From: a virus | Taxonomy: Duplodnaviria; Heunggongvirae; Uroviricota; Caudoviricetes | Virus record (IMG/VR): IMGVR_UViG_2541047595_000015 | Direction: 5' to 3' (one strand) | Length of the DNA: 35,633 nt | Shown here: in pieces, positions 26,711 to 35,633 of the stretch | Layout: the number at the start of each line of letters is the position of its first letter | Numbering within the stretch: the first letter of the stretch is position 1 | Position numbers and translations under genes: made by a program | Notes under the pieces: model-generated | Told to the model about the DNA's origin: nothing | What the model saw: the letters and a program-made list of their open reading frames with translations, nothing else | The model's database searches: none

Positions 26711-27625
26711 ATGGGACGCACCAAATCACCCGTTAACACTGAACTGAATGTTGAGGTTCCGCTGTCAGATAACATCAATGTCAATTTGAACGCTATGACA
26801 CAGCATCGCATGGAAATTATGCAGCAGTTTGGTGATGGACTGCCTTATGAACGTGATCGCATTGTTCACGAAGCACGTTTTTATATGGCGCAGAGTGCTG
26901 AATCTATGCTGGAAGCGGGTAAGCGGCTGATCATCTTAAAAGAAAATGAGCCACACGGTGATTTTACAAACATTTTAGAAAATGAACTCGGACTTGCACC
27001 ACAAGTTGCTCGCCGCATGATGCAAGCCAGTATGAAGTTTTTGGGAGAAGGTGATGAGCCAACAAAACGCTCAACGTTGAGCGTTTTGGGGAAAGCCAAA
27101 CTGTACGACCTGATGGTTCTGGATAATGAAGAACTTGATGAATTGGCCGACGGCGGCACAGTTGCCGGCCTGACGCTTGACGACGTTGATCGCATGTCAG
27201 TACGTGAATTGCGTCAGGCCCTGCGCGAAGCGCGCGAAACCAACGCAGCACAACAGCGCGTACTCGCTGACAAAAATGAAAAAATAGACTCACTCTCCAC
27301 CAGACTGGAGAAGAAATCCCGTATTCAGCCGCCTGAGCCTGATGAAGAGGTTAAGAAGCTGCGGGCGGAAGTGACAGCATTAGCGGTTGAGGCGGAATCT
27401 GCTATCGCCGTTCGACTGTCCAGCGCTTTTGAGACGCTGTGCGCATATTGTGCTGAAAACATGATTGATACCCCCAGAGACTTCATGGCAGGCCTGGTCT
27501 GTCAACTGGAAAGCACAGCGCGTAGCCTGCGCTCCACATTTGACCTGCCGGATGAGCCAACAGGCAATGCCGCGCCTTCATGGCTGACTGAGCCGACGCC
27601 ACAGATTAACGGGCTGGAGGCATAA
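26711..27625 (+). CDS. Hypothetical early protein (acidic, coiled-coil rich)
   Basis: 304 aa; AGGAG RBS; immediately upstream of the transposase gene. Confidence 0.5.
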   Translation: MGRTKSPVNTELNVEVPLSDNINVNLNAMTQHRMEIMQQFGDGLPYERDRIVHEARFYMAQSAESMLEAGKRLIILKENEPHGDFTNILENELGLAPQVARRMMQASMKFLGEGDEPTKRSTLSVLGKAKLYDLMVLDNEELDELADGGTVAGLTLDDVDRMSVRELRQALREARETNAAQQRVLADKNEKIDSLSTRLEKKSRIQPPEPDEEVKKLRAEVTALAVEAESAIAVRLSSAFETLCAYCAENMIDTPRDFMAGLVCQLESTARSLRSTFDLPDEPTGNAAPSWLTEPTPQINGLEA

Positions 27626-27628
27626 CCA

Positions 27629-29398
27629 ATGAATGCTGCCCTGACTGAACGACTGGTTTATGTCGCCCGCGCGGCACGTGACGCGGGGCATGGTAAACGC
27701 GGTGCAATATACGACGCTGCCTGTGCTGAACTTGGCATGTCCCGCGCCACTCTGCTGCGCAGGCTGAAGGAGGTCTCTGTGACTGATAAACGCAAAAAAC
27801 GCGCTGATGCCGGACGCAGCGCCCTGACCCGCGACGAAGCCGCGCTGATATCTGCCACACTGCGTGAGGCCACCCGCAAGAACGGTAAACGCCTCTATTC
27901 CATCGCAGATGCAGTGGAAACCCTGCGGGCTAACGGCTTTATCACCGCAGGCAGAACAGATGAAACCACCGGTGAGTTTTTCCCGTTGTCTGAAGATGCC
28001 ATCAGCCGTGCTCTGCGTAACTATGGCCTGCACCCGGAACAACTGGATGCTCCTGCACCGCATACCGAAGTGGCCAGTCTGCACCCCAATCATGTCTGGC
28101 AGATTGACGCCTCACTCTGCACGCTTTACTACCTGAGCAATGGACATAAAGGGCTGCAGGTGATGGACAGCGCGAAGTTCTACAAGAACAAGCCCGCTAA
28201 CCTTGCCCGTATCGCCAGTGACCGCGTGTGGAGTTACGAGATTACCGACCATGCCAGCGGCTGGATTTACGTTGAGTATGTGACGGGCGCGGAATCAGGT
28301 GAGAACCTGTGTTCTGTGCTTATCAACGCCATGCAGGAGCGTGGCGGCGCAGACGTGCTGCACGGCGTGCCAAAAATACTCTATCTCGACCCCGGCTCGG
28401 CAAACACCGCGGGTATGACGAAAAACATGTGCCGCTCACTGGGCATCGACCTGATAGCGCACAAGCCGCATAACGCCCGCGCCACCGGACAGGTGGAAAA
28501 GGCGCGGGACATTATCGAACGCAAGCTGGAGCCGGGTCTGAAGTTCCGGCCGGTTCACAGTCTGGAAGAACTCAATGCGCTGGCCGCGAAATGGCGCAGC
28601 CACTTTAACGCCACGGCTGTTCACAGCCGCCACGGTAAAACCCGCACGGATATCTGGCTGAAGATTACTGCTGAGCAGCTGAAAAAAGCGCCTTCCGTTG
28701 AGGTATGTCGTGAACTGGCTGTGGCGGCACCAGAACTCCGCAAAGTCACGCCAAAACTTCGTGTCTCGTTCCGGGGCACTGAATTTGACGTATCAACGGT
28801 ACCGGGCGTACTGGTCGGTGAAAAACTGATGATTACCCGTAACCCGTGGCGCAGCGATGTGGCACAGGTGGTTCTGACCGGTGAGGACGGCCACGAGACG
28901 TTCTTCCTGGTCGAAGAAGTCAGAAAGAACGAGTTTGGCTTTGCTGAAGGCGCGGCGGTATTTGGCGAAAGTTACAAAGCCCTGCCGGAAACCCCGGCGC
29001 AGATGGCGGCAAAAGAAACCGAAGCGCTGGTCACCGGTACAGACAACGCCGCAGATGCAGCTGCCGCACGCAAGGCGAAGGCGCTGCCGTTCGGCGGGCG
29101 GCTTGACCCATATAAACATATTGATGACGCCACACTTCCGGCCTATATGCCGAAGCGAGGTCAGGCCTCTGACGTACGCGGGCCGCGCACTGAACAACGT
29201 CCCATGACTCATGTGGAGGCCGCGAAAGCCCTGCGCGATAAGTTCAGCGCCGACGGCCTTACCTGGACGCCGGAACATTACCGCCAGTTAACGGCACAGT
29301 ATCCGGACGGCGTACCGGAAGCCGCACTGGATGAAGTCATGGCCACGCTGACCACGCCGGCCCGCAGCAGCGTTATCAGCATTGTTAACGGCAACTGA
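27629..29398 (+). CDS. Transposase (rve/DDE integrase-core type, Mu A functional analogue)
   Basis: 589 aa; N-terminal HTH-like region; HVWQIDAS... integrase-core-like motif; followed by a translationally coupled AAA+ ATPase gene, the A-B pair of transposable phages. Confidence 0.8.
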   Translation: MNAALTERLVYVARAARDAGHGKRGAIYDAACAELGMSRATLLRRLKEVSVTDKRKKRADAGRSALTRDEAALISATLREATRKNGKRLYSIADAVETLRANGFITAGRTDETTGEFFPLSEDAISRALRNYGLHPEQLDAPAPHTEVASLHPNHVWQIDASLCTLYYLSNGHKGLQVMDSAKFYKNKPANLARIASDRVWSYEITDHASGWIYVEYVTGAESGENLCSVLINAMQERGGADVLHGVPKILYLDPGSANTAGMTKNMCRSLGIDLIAHKPHNARATGQVEKARDIIERKLEPGLKFRPVHSLEELNALAAKWRSHFNATAVHSRHGKTRTDIWLKITAEQLKKAPSVEVCRELAVAAPELRKVTPKLRVSFRGTEFDVSTVPGVLVGEKLMITRNPWRSDVAQVVLTGEDGHETFFLVEEVRKNEFGFAEGAAVFGESYKALPETPAQMAAKETEALVTGTDNAADAAAARKAKALPFGGRLDPYKHIDDATLPAYMPKRGQASDVRGPRTEQRPMTHVEAAKALRDKFSADGLTWTPEHYRQLTAQYPDGVPEAALDEVMATLTTPARSSVISIVNGN

Positions 29399-29408
29399 GG
29401 AGGGATAC

Positions 29409-30575
29409 ATGCTGGTACTGAAGCAGCAACTGAAAGAGGCCCGTATTCCACAGGCGGTGGTGGCGAGAGCTGTCGATGTTTCTGAGGCCACGCTGGCCCA
29501 GATTGTGAATCATAACGCGTGGCCCCGCACCAGCCCCGGAGAAGTGCGCCGGCGTCTTGCGTCCTGGCTGGAAAGTCAGGGGATTGATACAACGAAGAGT
29601 TTTGATGCTGTACAGGGCGCGGCCACGCCCCGTACAGCGGGTACCACAGATAAAACGAGCCTCAGTGAGGAAGAGAATATGTTACTCAAAAAACAGGTGT
29701 TATTTCCAGCAACCAAAAAAGCGTTTGGTCTTTTCCGTGACCCGTTCGCCGACGAAGCCATGCAGGGTTCTGATGATGTGTTCACCACTCCGGACATTCG
29801 CTACGTGCGTGAGGCGCTGTACCAGACAGCCCGTCATGGTGGGTTTATGGCCGTCATCGGTGAGTCCGGTGCGGGTAAATCCACGCTGCGCCGTGACCTG
29901 ACTGAACGTATCAACCGCGAGAATGCGCCGGTGATTGTTATCGAGCCATACATCATCGCTATGGAAGACAACGATGTGAAAGGGAAAACCCTGAAGGCAG
30001 CAGCGATTGCCGAAGCCATTATCAGTACCATCGCACCACTGGAAAGCATCAGACGCAGTCAGGACGCCCGCTTTCGCCAGCTGCATCGCGTCCTGAAAGA
30101 CAGCAGCCAGGCGGGGTTCAGCCACGTTCTGGTGATTGAGGAGGCCCACAGTCTGCCCATTCCGACACTGAAACACCTCAAACGCTTTTTTGAGCTGGAG
30201 TCCGGTTTCAAAAAACTGCTGTCCATCGTGCTGATTGGCCAGCCGGAACTGGCGACAAAACTGTCTGAACGCAATATGGAAGTCCGTGAAGTCGTTCAGC
30301 GCTGTGAGGTGGTCGAACTTCTGCCTCTGGACAATAACCTTGAAGAGTTTCTGACGTTCAAACTGCAACGGGCCGGTAAACAACTGACGGACATTATGGA
30401 CGCCAGCGCAGTGGATGCCATACGTGCCCGCCTGAGCAATCCGGGAAGTCATCGTAAAAATATGGTCAGCCTGCTGTATCCGCTGGCCGTCAGTAACCTG
30501 GTAATAGCCGCCATGAATCTGGCCGCTGAAATCGGGGTTCCACAGGTCAACGCTGACGTTGTCAAAGGGGTTTAA
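29409..30575 (+). CDS. Transposition ATPase (MuB/TniB-like AAA+)
   Basis: Start at the ATG at 29409 with GAGGAGGG RBS; Walker A GESGAGKST; N-terminal HTH-like segment; follows the transposase. Confidence 0.8.
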   Translation: MLVLKQQLKEARIPQAVVARAVDVSEATLAQIVNHNAWPRTSPGEVRRRLASWLESQGIDTTKSFDAVQGAATPRTAGTTDKTSLSEEENMLLKKQVLFPATKKAFGLFRDPFADEAMQGSDDVFTTPDIRYVREALYQTARHGGFMAVIGESGAGKSTLRRDLTERINRENAPVIVIEPYIIAMEDNDVKGKTLKAAAIAEAIISTIAPLESIRRSQDARFRQLHRVLKDSSQAGFSHVLVIEEAHSLPIPTLKHLKRFFELESGFKKLLSIVLIGQPELATKLSERNMEVREVVQRCEVVELLPLDNNLEEFLTFKLQRAGKQLTDIMDASAVDAIRARLSNPGSHRKNMVSLLYPLAVSNLVIAAMNLAAEIGVPQVNADVVKGV

Positions 30576-30577
30576 TA

Positions 30578-30847
30578 ATGAAATCCACCACAGGTATCAA
30601 CCAGCAAATCAGCAAAGTGCAGTCAGCCATTATGGCGCTTAAGGCGACGAACACGGATGTACAAAGCATCACCATCAGGGGTAACAAACCTGTCATCCGC
30701 GTTTCCCGGAGTGCGCATTGCATGCGCATGCTTGAGCAGGGAAAGGCCTGTTATCTGTATACCGGACATGACCACAGGGGATATTTCCGTCAGGGCGTTT
30801 TCGAACTGCACGGCTGTCGCGTCGTGTGGCCGGAATCTTTGTGGTAA
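30578..30847 (+). CDS. Hypothetical protein (Kil-position small early protein)
   Basis: 89 aa; 2 nt after the B stop, with RBS; no recognisable motif. Confidence 0.4.
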   Translation: MKSTTGINQQISKVQSAIMALKATNTDVQSITIRGNKPVIRVSRSAHCMRMLEQGKACYLYTGHDHRGYFRQGVFELHGCRVVWPESLW

Positions 30848-30874
30848 TCAGCACAACTGGAGAAATCATAAAAA

Positions 30875-31405
30875 ATGGCAAAAAGTACAAAAGGTGCAAA
30901 ACGTATCAAGGCCGCAGCAGCACTCTGGGTGCCGGGGACACGTGAAGAGGTCATTGAGGGAATCAGACTACTCGGTGACGCACAACGTGAACTGGTCAGG
31001 GCTGAAACAGAAATGAATGACGCCATTGGCGATATCACCGCACGTTATGCCCCGCTCACCGAGAGCCTGAAAAAACGCATGGCCGAACTGCAGTCCGGTA
31101 TTCAGACATGGTGTGAGGCACACCGTGATGAACTGACCGGCAACGGGAAGGTGAAGTTCGCTAACCTCACCACCGGCGAGGTGCAGTGGCGAAACCGTCC
31201 GCCATCAGTCAGTATCCGTGGGGCGGATAATGTTATTGAATTACTGAGACGTCTGGGGCTTGAGCGCTTTATTCGTGTAAAAGAGGAAATAAATAAAGAC
31301 GCTATCCTGAATGAAAAAGAGGCCGTGAAAAATATTCCCGGTATTTCCATTAAAAGCGACATTGAGGATTTTTCAATAATTCCTTTTGAGCAGGATGTGC
31401 AGTAA
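30875..31405 (+). CDS. gam: Host-nuclease inhibitor protein Gam (Mu Gam family)
   Basis: 176 aa; strong resemblance throughout to Mu Gam (e.g. MAK..KRIK.AAA, ETEMNDAI, WCEA.RDELT.NGKVK.ANL.TG.V.WR.RPPSVSIRG, IEDFSIIPFEQ), recalled from memory. Confidence 0.85.
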   Translation: MAKSTKGAKRIKAAAALWVPGTREEVIEGIRLLGDAQRELVRAETEMNDAIGDITARYAPLTESLKKRMAELQSGIQTWCEAHRDELTGNGKVKFANLTTGEVQWRNRPPSVSIRGADNVIELLRRLGLERFIRVKEEINKDAILNEKEAVKNIPGISIKSDIEDFSIIPFEQDVQ

Positions 31406-31502
31406 ACACACCACGTTAATTATTTAATAAAAACATTTTCTTTTTTATTCCGGCGTCAGCGCCGCGGGCTTCTGCACGCCGGAAACAGAGGAGAATTAAA
31501 TC

Positions 31503-31697
31503 ATGATATTTAAATGTATTCAGTGCGAGAGGGATATAACAGCCCTGCGTTTTCACAGCGCCATCGCCGTGATGTCCGGTAAATACCACATCCCTGCGGT
31601 ACGCGTCACCCTGGTCTGCCCGTACTGCAGCCAGCATTTTTCGGCAGACGTGCCCGTCATGGAATTCTCCCGCCCTGACAGGGAGGACTCGCAATGA
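31503..31697 (+). CDS. Small zinc-ribbon-like protein
   Basis: 64 aa with C-x2-C ... CPYC cysteine pairs; GAGGAG RBS. Confidence 0.4.
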   Translation: MIFKCIQCERDITALRFHSAIAVMSGKYHIPAVRVTLVCPYCSQHFSADVPVMEFSRPDREDSQ

Positions 31698-31966
31698 TTA
31701 CCCCACAGGAAGCACGACAGCGCACCCGAACCCTTGTTGAACACTATGTCAACGAGTGTGAATGCCGCGACCTCACCGATGTGAAGCACGTCCTGACGGC
31801 GCTAATCAGCATGACCGCTCAGGCCATTGTGGCGACCAACGGAAAGGCGGCTGCCCTGCAGGTACTGGTGAACACACTCACCCACACGGCAGAGCATGAG
31901 GTGCCGTACCGGATGGAAACCACTGCAGAAGGCGGCCTGCACATCACCGTCAGCCGGAAGCACTGA
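31694..31966 (+). CDS. Hypothetical protein
   Basis: 90 aa; ATGA overlap with the upstream gene; GGGAGG RBS. Confidence 0.4.
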   Translation: MITPQEARQRTRTLVEHYVNECECRDLTDVKHVLTALISMTAQAIVATNGKAAALQVLVNTLTHTAEHEVPYRMETTAEGGLHITVSRKH

Positions 31967-31975
31967 GGGCGCGGC

Positions 31976-32272
31976 ATGACACGGAACACCATACTCACCC
32001 GCACCGCCCTCTACCGTCTGGCCCTGCAGCGTTTCGGGCCGGACGCACAGGCCCTGAAACTGACAGAAGAGGCCGCTGAACTGGCGGCCAGTGCTGCCCG
32101 CAATCTGAACGGACAGGGCAGCGAAAGTGACCTCGCGGCAGAGCTGGCAGACGTGGAAATCATGACAGAGCAATTGCGCCTTCAGGGGATGGACCGGCTG
32201 ATTGACTTCCACAAACAGAAAAAACTGGAACGTCTGGCTGCACGACTGGGCGTGATTTACACGAACGAGTAA
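31976..32272 (+). CDS. MazG-like nucleotide pyrophosphohydrolase domain protein
   Basis: 98 aa; KLTEEAAELAAS ... ELADVEIMTEQL matches the EExxE ... ExxD all-alpha NTP-PPase signature. Confidence 0.55.
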   Translation: MTRNTILTRTALYRLALQRFGPDAQALKLTEEAAELAASAARNLNGQGSESDLAAELADVEIMTEQLRLQGMDRLIDFHKQKKLERLAARLGVIYTNE

Positions 32273-32286
32273 CCGGGAGGCATTCA

Positions 32287-32502
32287 ATGGCTGACATACT
32301 CAGGGAAATCACCGCATGGACACTGATTCTTACTGGCCTGGCGACATGCCTCAGTGCGGGGGCAGCCCTGGCTGCCCTGCTGATGCACATAACAACACAG
32401 TGGTTATGGGAAAAGCTTAAAGCAGCATACAGCCTGAAAGAGCTGTCCGACGCTGTCCGGGCATGGAAACGGCAGAAAAATACCGGAGATACAGAACAAT
32501 GA
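32287..32502 (+). CDS. Small membrane protein
   Basis: 71 aa; one hydrophobic helix (WTLILTGLATCLSAGAALAALLM); RBS present. Confidence 0.35.
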   Translation: MADILREITAWTLILTGLATCLSAGAALAALLMHITTQWLWEKLKAAYSLKELSDAVRAWKRQKNTGDTEQ

Positions 32503-33182
32503 CAGACCAGAATAAACACATTGAGAAACTGAAAAAGTTGCTGGCGCTGGCCGCATCCGGCAACCCGCACGAGGCCGCTCTGGCACTGCGCCGAGCCCGT
32601 AAACTGATGGATGTTCACGGCATCACACATTCCGACATTGCTATGAGTGATATTGATGAAACCATCAGTCATTACTGGCCGACAGGCAGTCTCCGTCCAC
32701 CGCGCTACATGCTGGGCCTGATGAACATCATCCGCGAGGCATTTGGTGTTAACTCCATCATTCACCCCGGCACGCATCCGTCTGTGGGGTTCTACGGTAA
32801 CCGGGAACGAGCGGCACTGGCTGCGTACACCTGGGAAGTGCTGGTCCGCCAACTGAAAAAGGCGCGTCAGCAGTATATCAGCGCACAGAACAAAAGAATA
32901 AAAAACGCCACCCGTACCAGCCGTGGAAACCAGTTTGCTGAAGGCTGGGTACTGGCCGTTATCAGTGAAATACAGTCCTTTGCCCTGACCGATGATGAGC
33001 GTGAACTGATGCAACAGTGGCTGGAACATAAATACCCGCAAACGCAAACCACCAGGGCGCGTAAACCGGGAAGAAGCCGCAATGGCGACGCCTCGCGCTA
33101 TGCGGGGTTTCGTGAAGGGCAGAACGTCAGACTGCACCGCCCGGTCAGTGGGCAGGAACAACAGAAACTGGAGGCCAGATGA
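32499..33182 (+). CDS. DUF2786-like protein
   Basis: Start at the ATG at 32499 (ATGA overlap); N-terminal KHIEKLKKLLALAASGNPHEAALALRRARKLMDVHGIT resembles the DUF2786 signature (from memory). Confidence 0.55.
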   Translation: MTDQNKHIEKLKKLLALAASGNPHEAALALRRARKLMDVHGITHSDIAMSDIDETISHYWPTGSLRPPRYMLGLMNIIREAFGVNSIIHPGTHPSVGFYGNRERAALAAYTWEVLVRQLKKARQQYISAQNKRIKNATRTSRGNQFAEGWVLAVISEIQSFALTDDERELMQQWLEHKYPQTQTTRARKPGRSRNGDASRYAGFREGQNVRLHRPVSGQEQQKLEAR

Positions 33183-33409
33183 TTACGCTATCAGGTAACA
33201 GCCGGAAATTAAAAGCCTGCCGAATATCTGCCAGATACCTTTTTGCCCGCGCCTTTTTTAAGAACGTCAGGCCGGGGATCACAATTGGTGTTATTGCCGG
33301 ACGCGAACAGGTTGAAAAATACATGTCAGGTGCATGGTGGAATAACGACCCTGTCATTGCTGCCCGTAATATTCATATCAGTTGGGGGGATATTCAGAAT
33401 GACGGCTGA
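33179..33409 (+). CDS. Hypothetical protein
   Basis: 76 aa; overlapping start/stop with neighbours; weak coding call. Confidence 0.3.
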   Translation: MITLSGNSRKLKACRISARYLFARAFFKNVRPGITIGVIAGREQVEKYMSGAWWNNDPVIAARNIHISWGDIQNDG

Positions 33410-33614
33410 ATCTGTTGTATGTGCCCTGTTCTGGTATTGTTTTGCCGGTTGGTGTACTGCTGAACTGCACCGCCGTTCAGGGTTTTATTCACGTTACAGT
33501 GGTGCCGGCTACTGGATTAGCTGGTCGGTGATGTTCCTGTGCTGGCCTGTGGCGCTTCCTTTATATGTCGATTATATCGGTGGCGCAGGTAAAAGGAGCA
33601 ACGATGATGACTAA
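33399..33614 (+). CDS. Small membrane protein
   Basis: Start at the ATG at 33399 after a G-rich RBS; Trp/Cys-rich hydrophobic segments (ALFWYCFAGWC, WSVMFLCWPVALPLYV). Confidence 0.35.
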   Translation: MTAESVVCALFWYCFAGWCTAELHRRSGFYSRYSGAGYWISWSVMFLCWPVALPLYVDYIGGAGKRSNDDD

Positions 33615-34056
33615 ACAACGTCTTATCCAGCTCATTCATATTGCCCGTAATGAACTGGGTATGGATGAAGACACCTACCGCCAGATGTTACAGGGGCTGA
33701 CCGGTAAAGCCTCAACCAAAGGAATGGATACCACACAACTAAACTGCGTGCTGGAATCCATGAAAAGGAAAGGCTTTCGCGTTAAGCCTGCCGGAAAAGC
33801 CAGCTCCGGTTTACCGCTGGATAACCATCCGCAGTCCAGGAAAATCCGTGCGCTATGGCTTGAAATGGCTGCTGCCGGCATTGTTCGTGACCGTTCAGAA
33901 AATGCATTAGCGCGGTGGATCAAGCGGGAAACGGGCATCAGCGCCCTGCGCTGGCTCAATACTGAACAGGCAAGCAGTGTTATTGAGAAACTGAAGAAGT
34001 GGCAGCACAGAGCTGCGGGAGTAAAACATGAGCGACCTGAATCAGTTTCGAAGTAA
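33604..34056 (+). CDS. GemA-like protein (Mu gp16 family)
   Basis: Start at the ATG at 33604 (AAGGAG RBS); MMTKQRLIQLIHIARNELGMDEDTYRQML... resembles the Mu GemA/gp16 N-terminal signature; sits immediately upstream of the mor-like gene as in Mu. Confidence 0.6.
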   Translation: MMTKQRLIQLIHIARNELGMDEDTYRQMLQGLTGKASTKGMDTTQLNCVLESMKRKGFRVKPAGKASSGLPLDNHPQSRKIRALWLEMAAAGIVRDRSENALARWIKRETGISALRWLNTEQASSVIEKLKKWQHRAAGVKHERPESVSK

Positions 34057-34417
34057 AGGGCCGGAACTCCTGGTGGAACTGGCACAGCATACCTCTGAGA
34101 CCGTTCGCGAGATTATTGATATTGAGCCCGCAATTGCCGACCAGATTGGTCAGGCCGTCGCGAACCGCATGATGCAGGTCTGGGGCGGGCAAAACGTTTA
34201 TTTCCCGATGGGCATGGTATGGAAGGTCAGTCAGCGCGACCGGGAAATCTTCAGGGAGTTTAACGGACGTAACCACCATGAACTGGCCCGCAAATTTGGT
34301 GTTTCGCTTCAGTGGGTCTACAGCGTGGTTAAGCGGGTAAGAAAAGAAGAACTGGATCGGATGCAGGGCAAGCTATTTGCTGATGAACCCGATGTAGATA
34401 CGGAGAAAAAAGAGTAA
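34028..34417 (+). CDS. Mor-like transcriptional activator (Mor/C family)
   Basis: 129 aa; GGQNVYFP ... REIFREFNGRNHHELARKFGVSLQWVYSVVKRVR matches the Mor/C family C-terminal HTH region; last phage gene before the element end. Confidence 0.75.
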   Translation: MSDLNQFRSKGPELLVELAQHTSETVREIIDIEPAIADQIGQAVANRMMQVWGGQNVYFPMGMVWKVSQRDREIFREFNGRNHHELARKFGVSLQWVYSVVKRVRKEELDRMQGKLFADEPDVDTEKKE

Positions 34418-34439
34418 TATCTGCAATCAGGCTGGAGCG

Positions 34440-35633
<1,194 letters not shown>

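Noticed and set aside
29700-30452. 250-aa minus-strand ORF inside the transposition ATPase gene
   Set aside because: Antisense to a gene with a clear Walker A motif and operon context; no RBS.
31406-31502. Hairpin CCGGCGT ... ACGCCGG in the gam-downstream gap as a terminator
   Set aside because: The T-tract precedes rather than follows the stem on the transcribed strand, so it is not a canonical intrinsic terminator. It may still be a protein-binding site, but the evidence is insufficient.
32160-33161. 333-aa minus-strand ORF across the early region
   Set aside because: It is antisense to a chain of plus-strand genes that each have RBSs and coupled start/stop overlaps; the translation is low-complexity with no motif.

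Overview
Almost the whole window (1 to ~34577) is one Mu-like transposable prophage, and the last ~1 kb is a host prpR gene that the prophage has truncated. All protein calls below are by-eye motif recognition from memory; no database search was run. Layout: (i) 1-23339, minus strand, is a contiguous late operon: holin, SAR-type lytic transglycosylase, i-spanin with an embedded o-spanin, small and large terminase, portal, Mu F/G-like morphogenesis proteins, protease/scaffold, major capsid, then a P2/Mu-type contractile tail (sheath, tube, frameshifted chaperone pair, tape measure, baseplate D/X/V/W/J/I) ending in a repeat-rich tail-fibre gene that runs off the left edge. (ii) 23470-26100 is an accessory island, AT-richer by eye, holding a P-loop protein gene and a leftward operon of an XRE-type HTH repressor plus two membrane proteins. 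(iii) 26151-34417, plus strand, is the early transposition region: Ner/Cro-like regulator, rve/DDE transposase, AAA+ transposition ATPase, Gam, MazG-like, DUF2786-like, GemA-like and Mor-like genes. (iv) 34572-35633, minus strand, is the N-terminal 353 codons of prpR. Late and early modules are divergently oriented around the repressor, which resembles the BcepMu-type arrangement rather than Mu itself. The most interesting candidate for an undescribed system is the repressor-linked membrane-protein operon, which is positioned like lambda cI-rexAB. Other points worth a second look are near-perfect tandem repeats inside the tail-fibre and tape-measure genes, a chaperone frameshift with a +1/-2 frame relationship, and several RNA hairpins and operator-like motifs.
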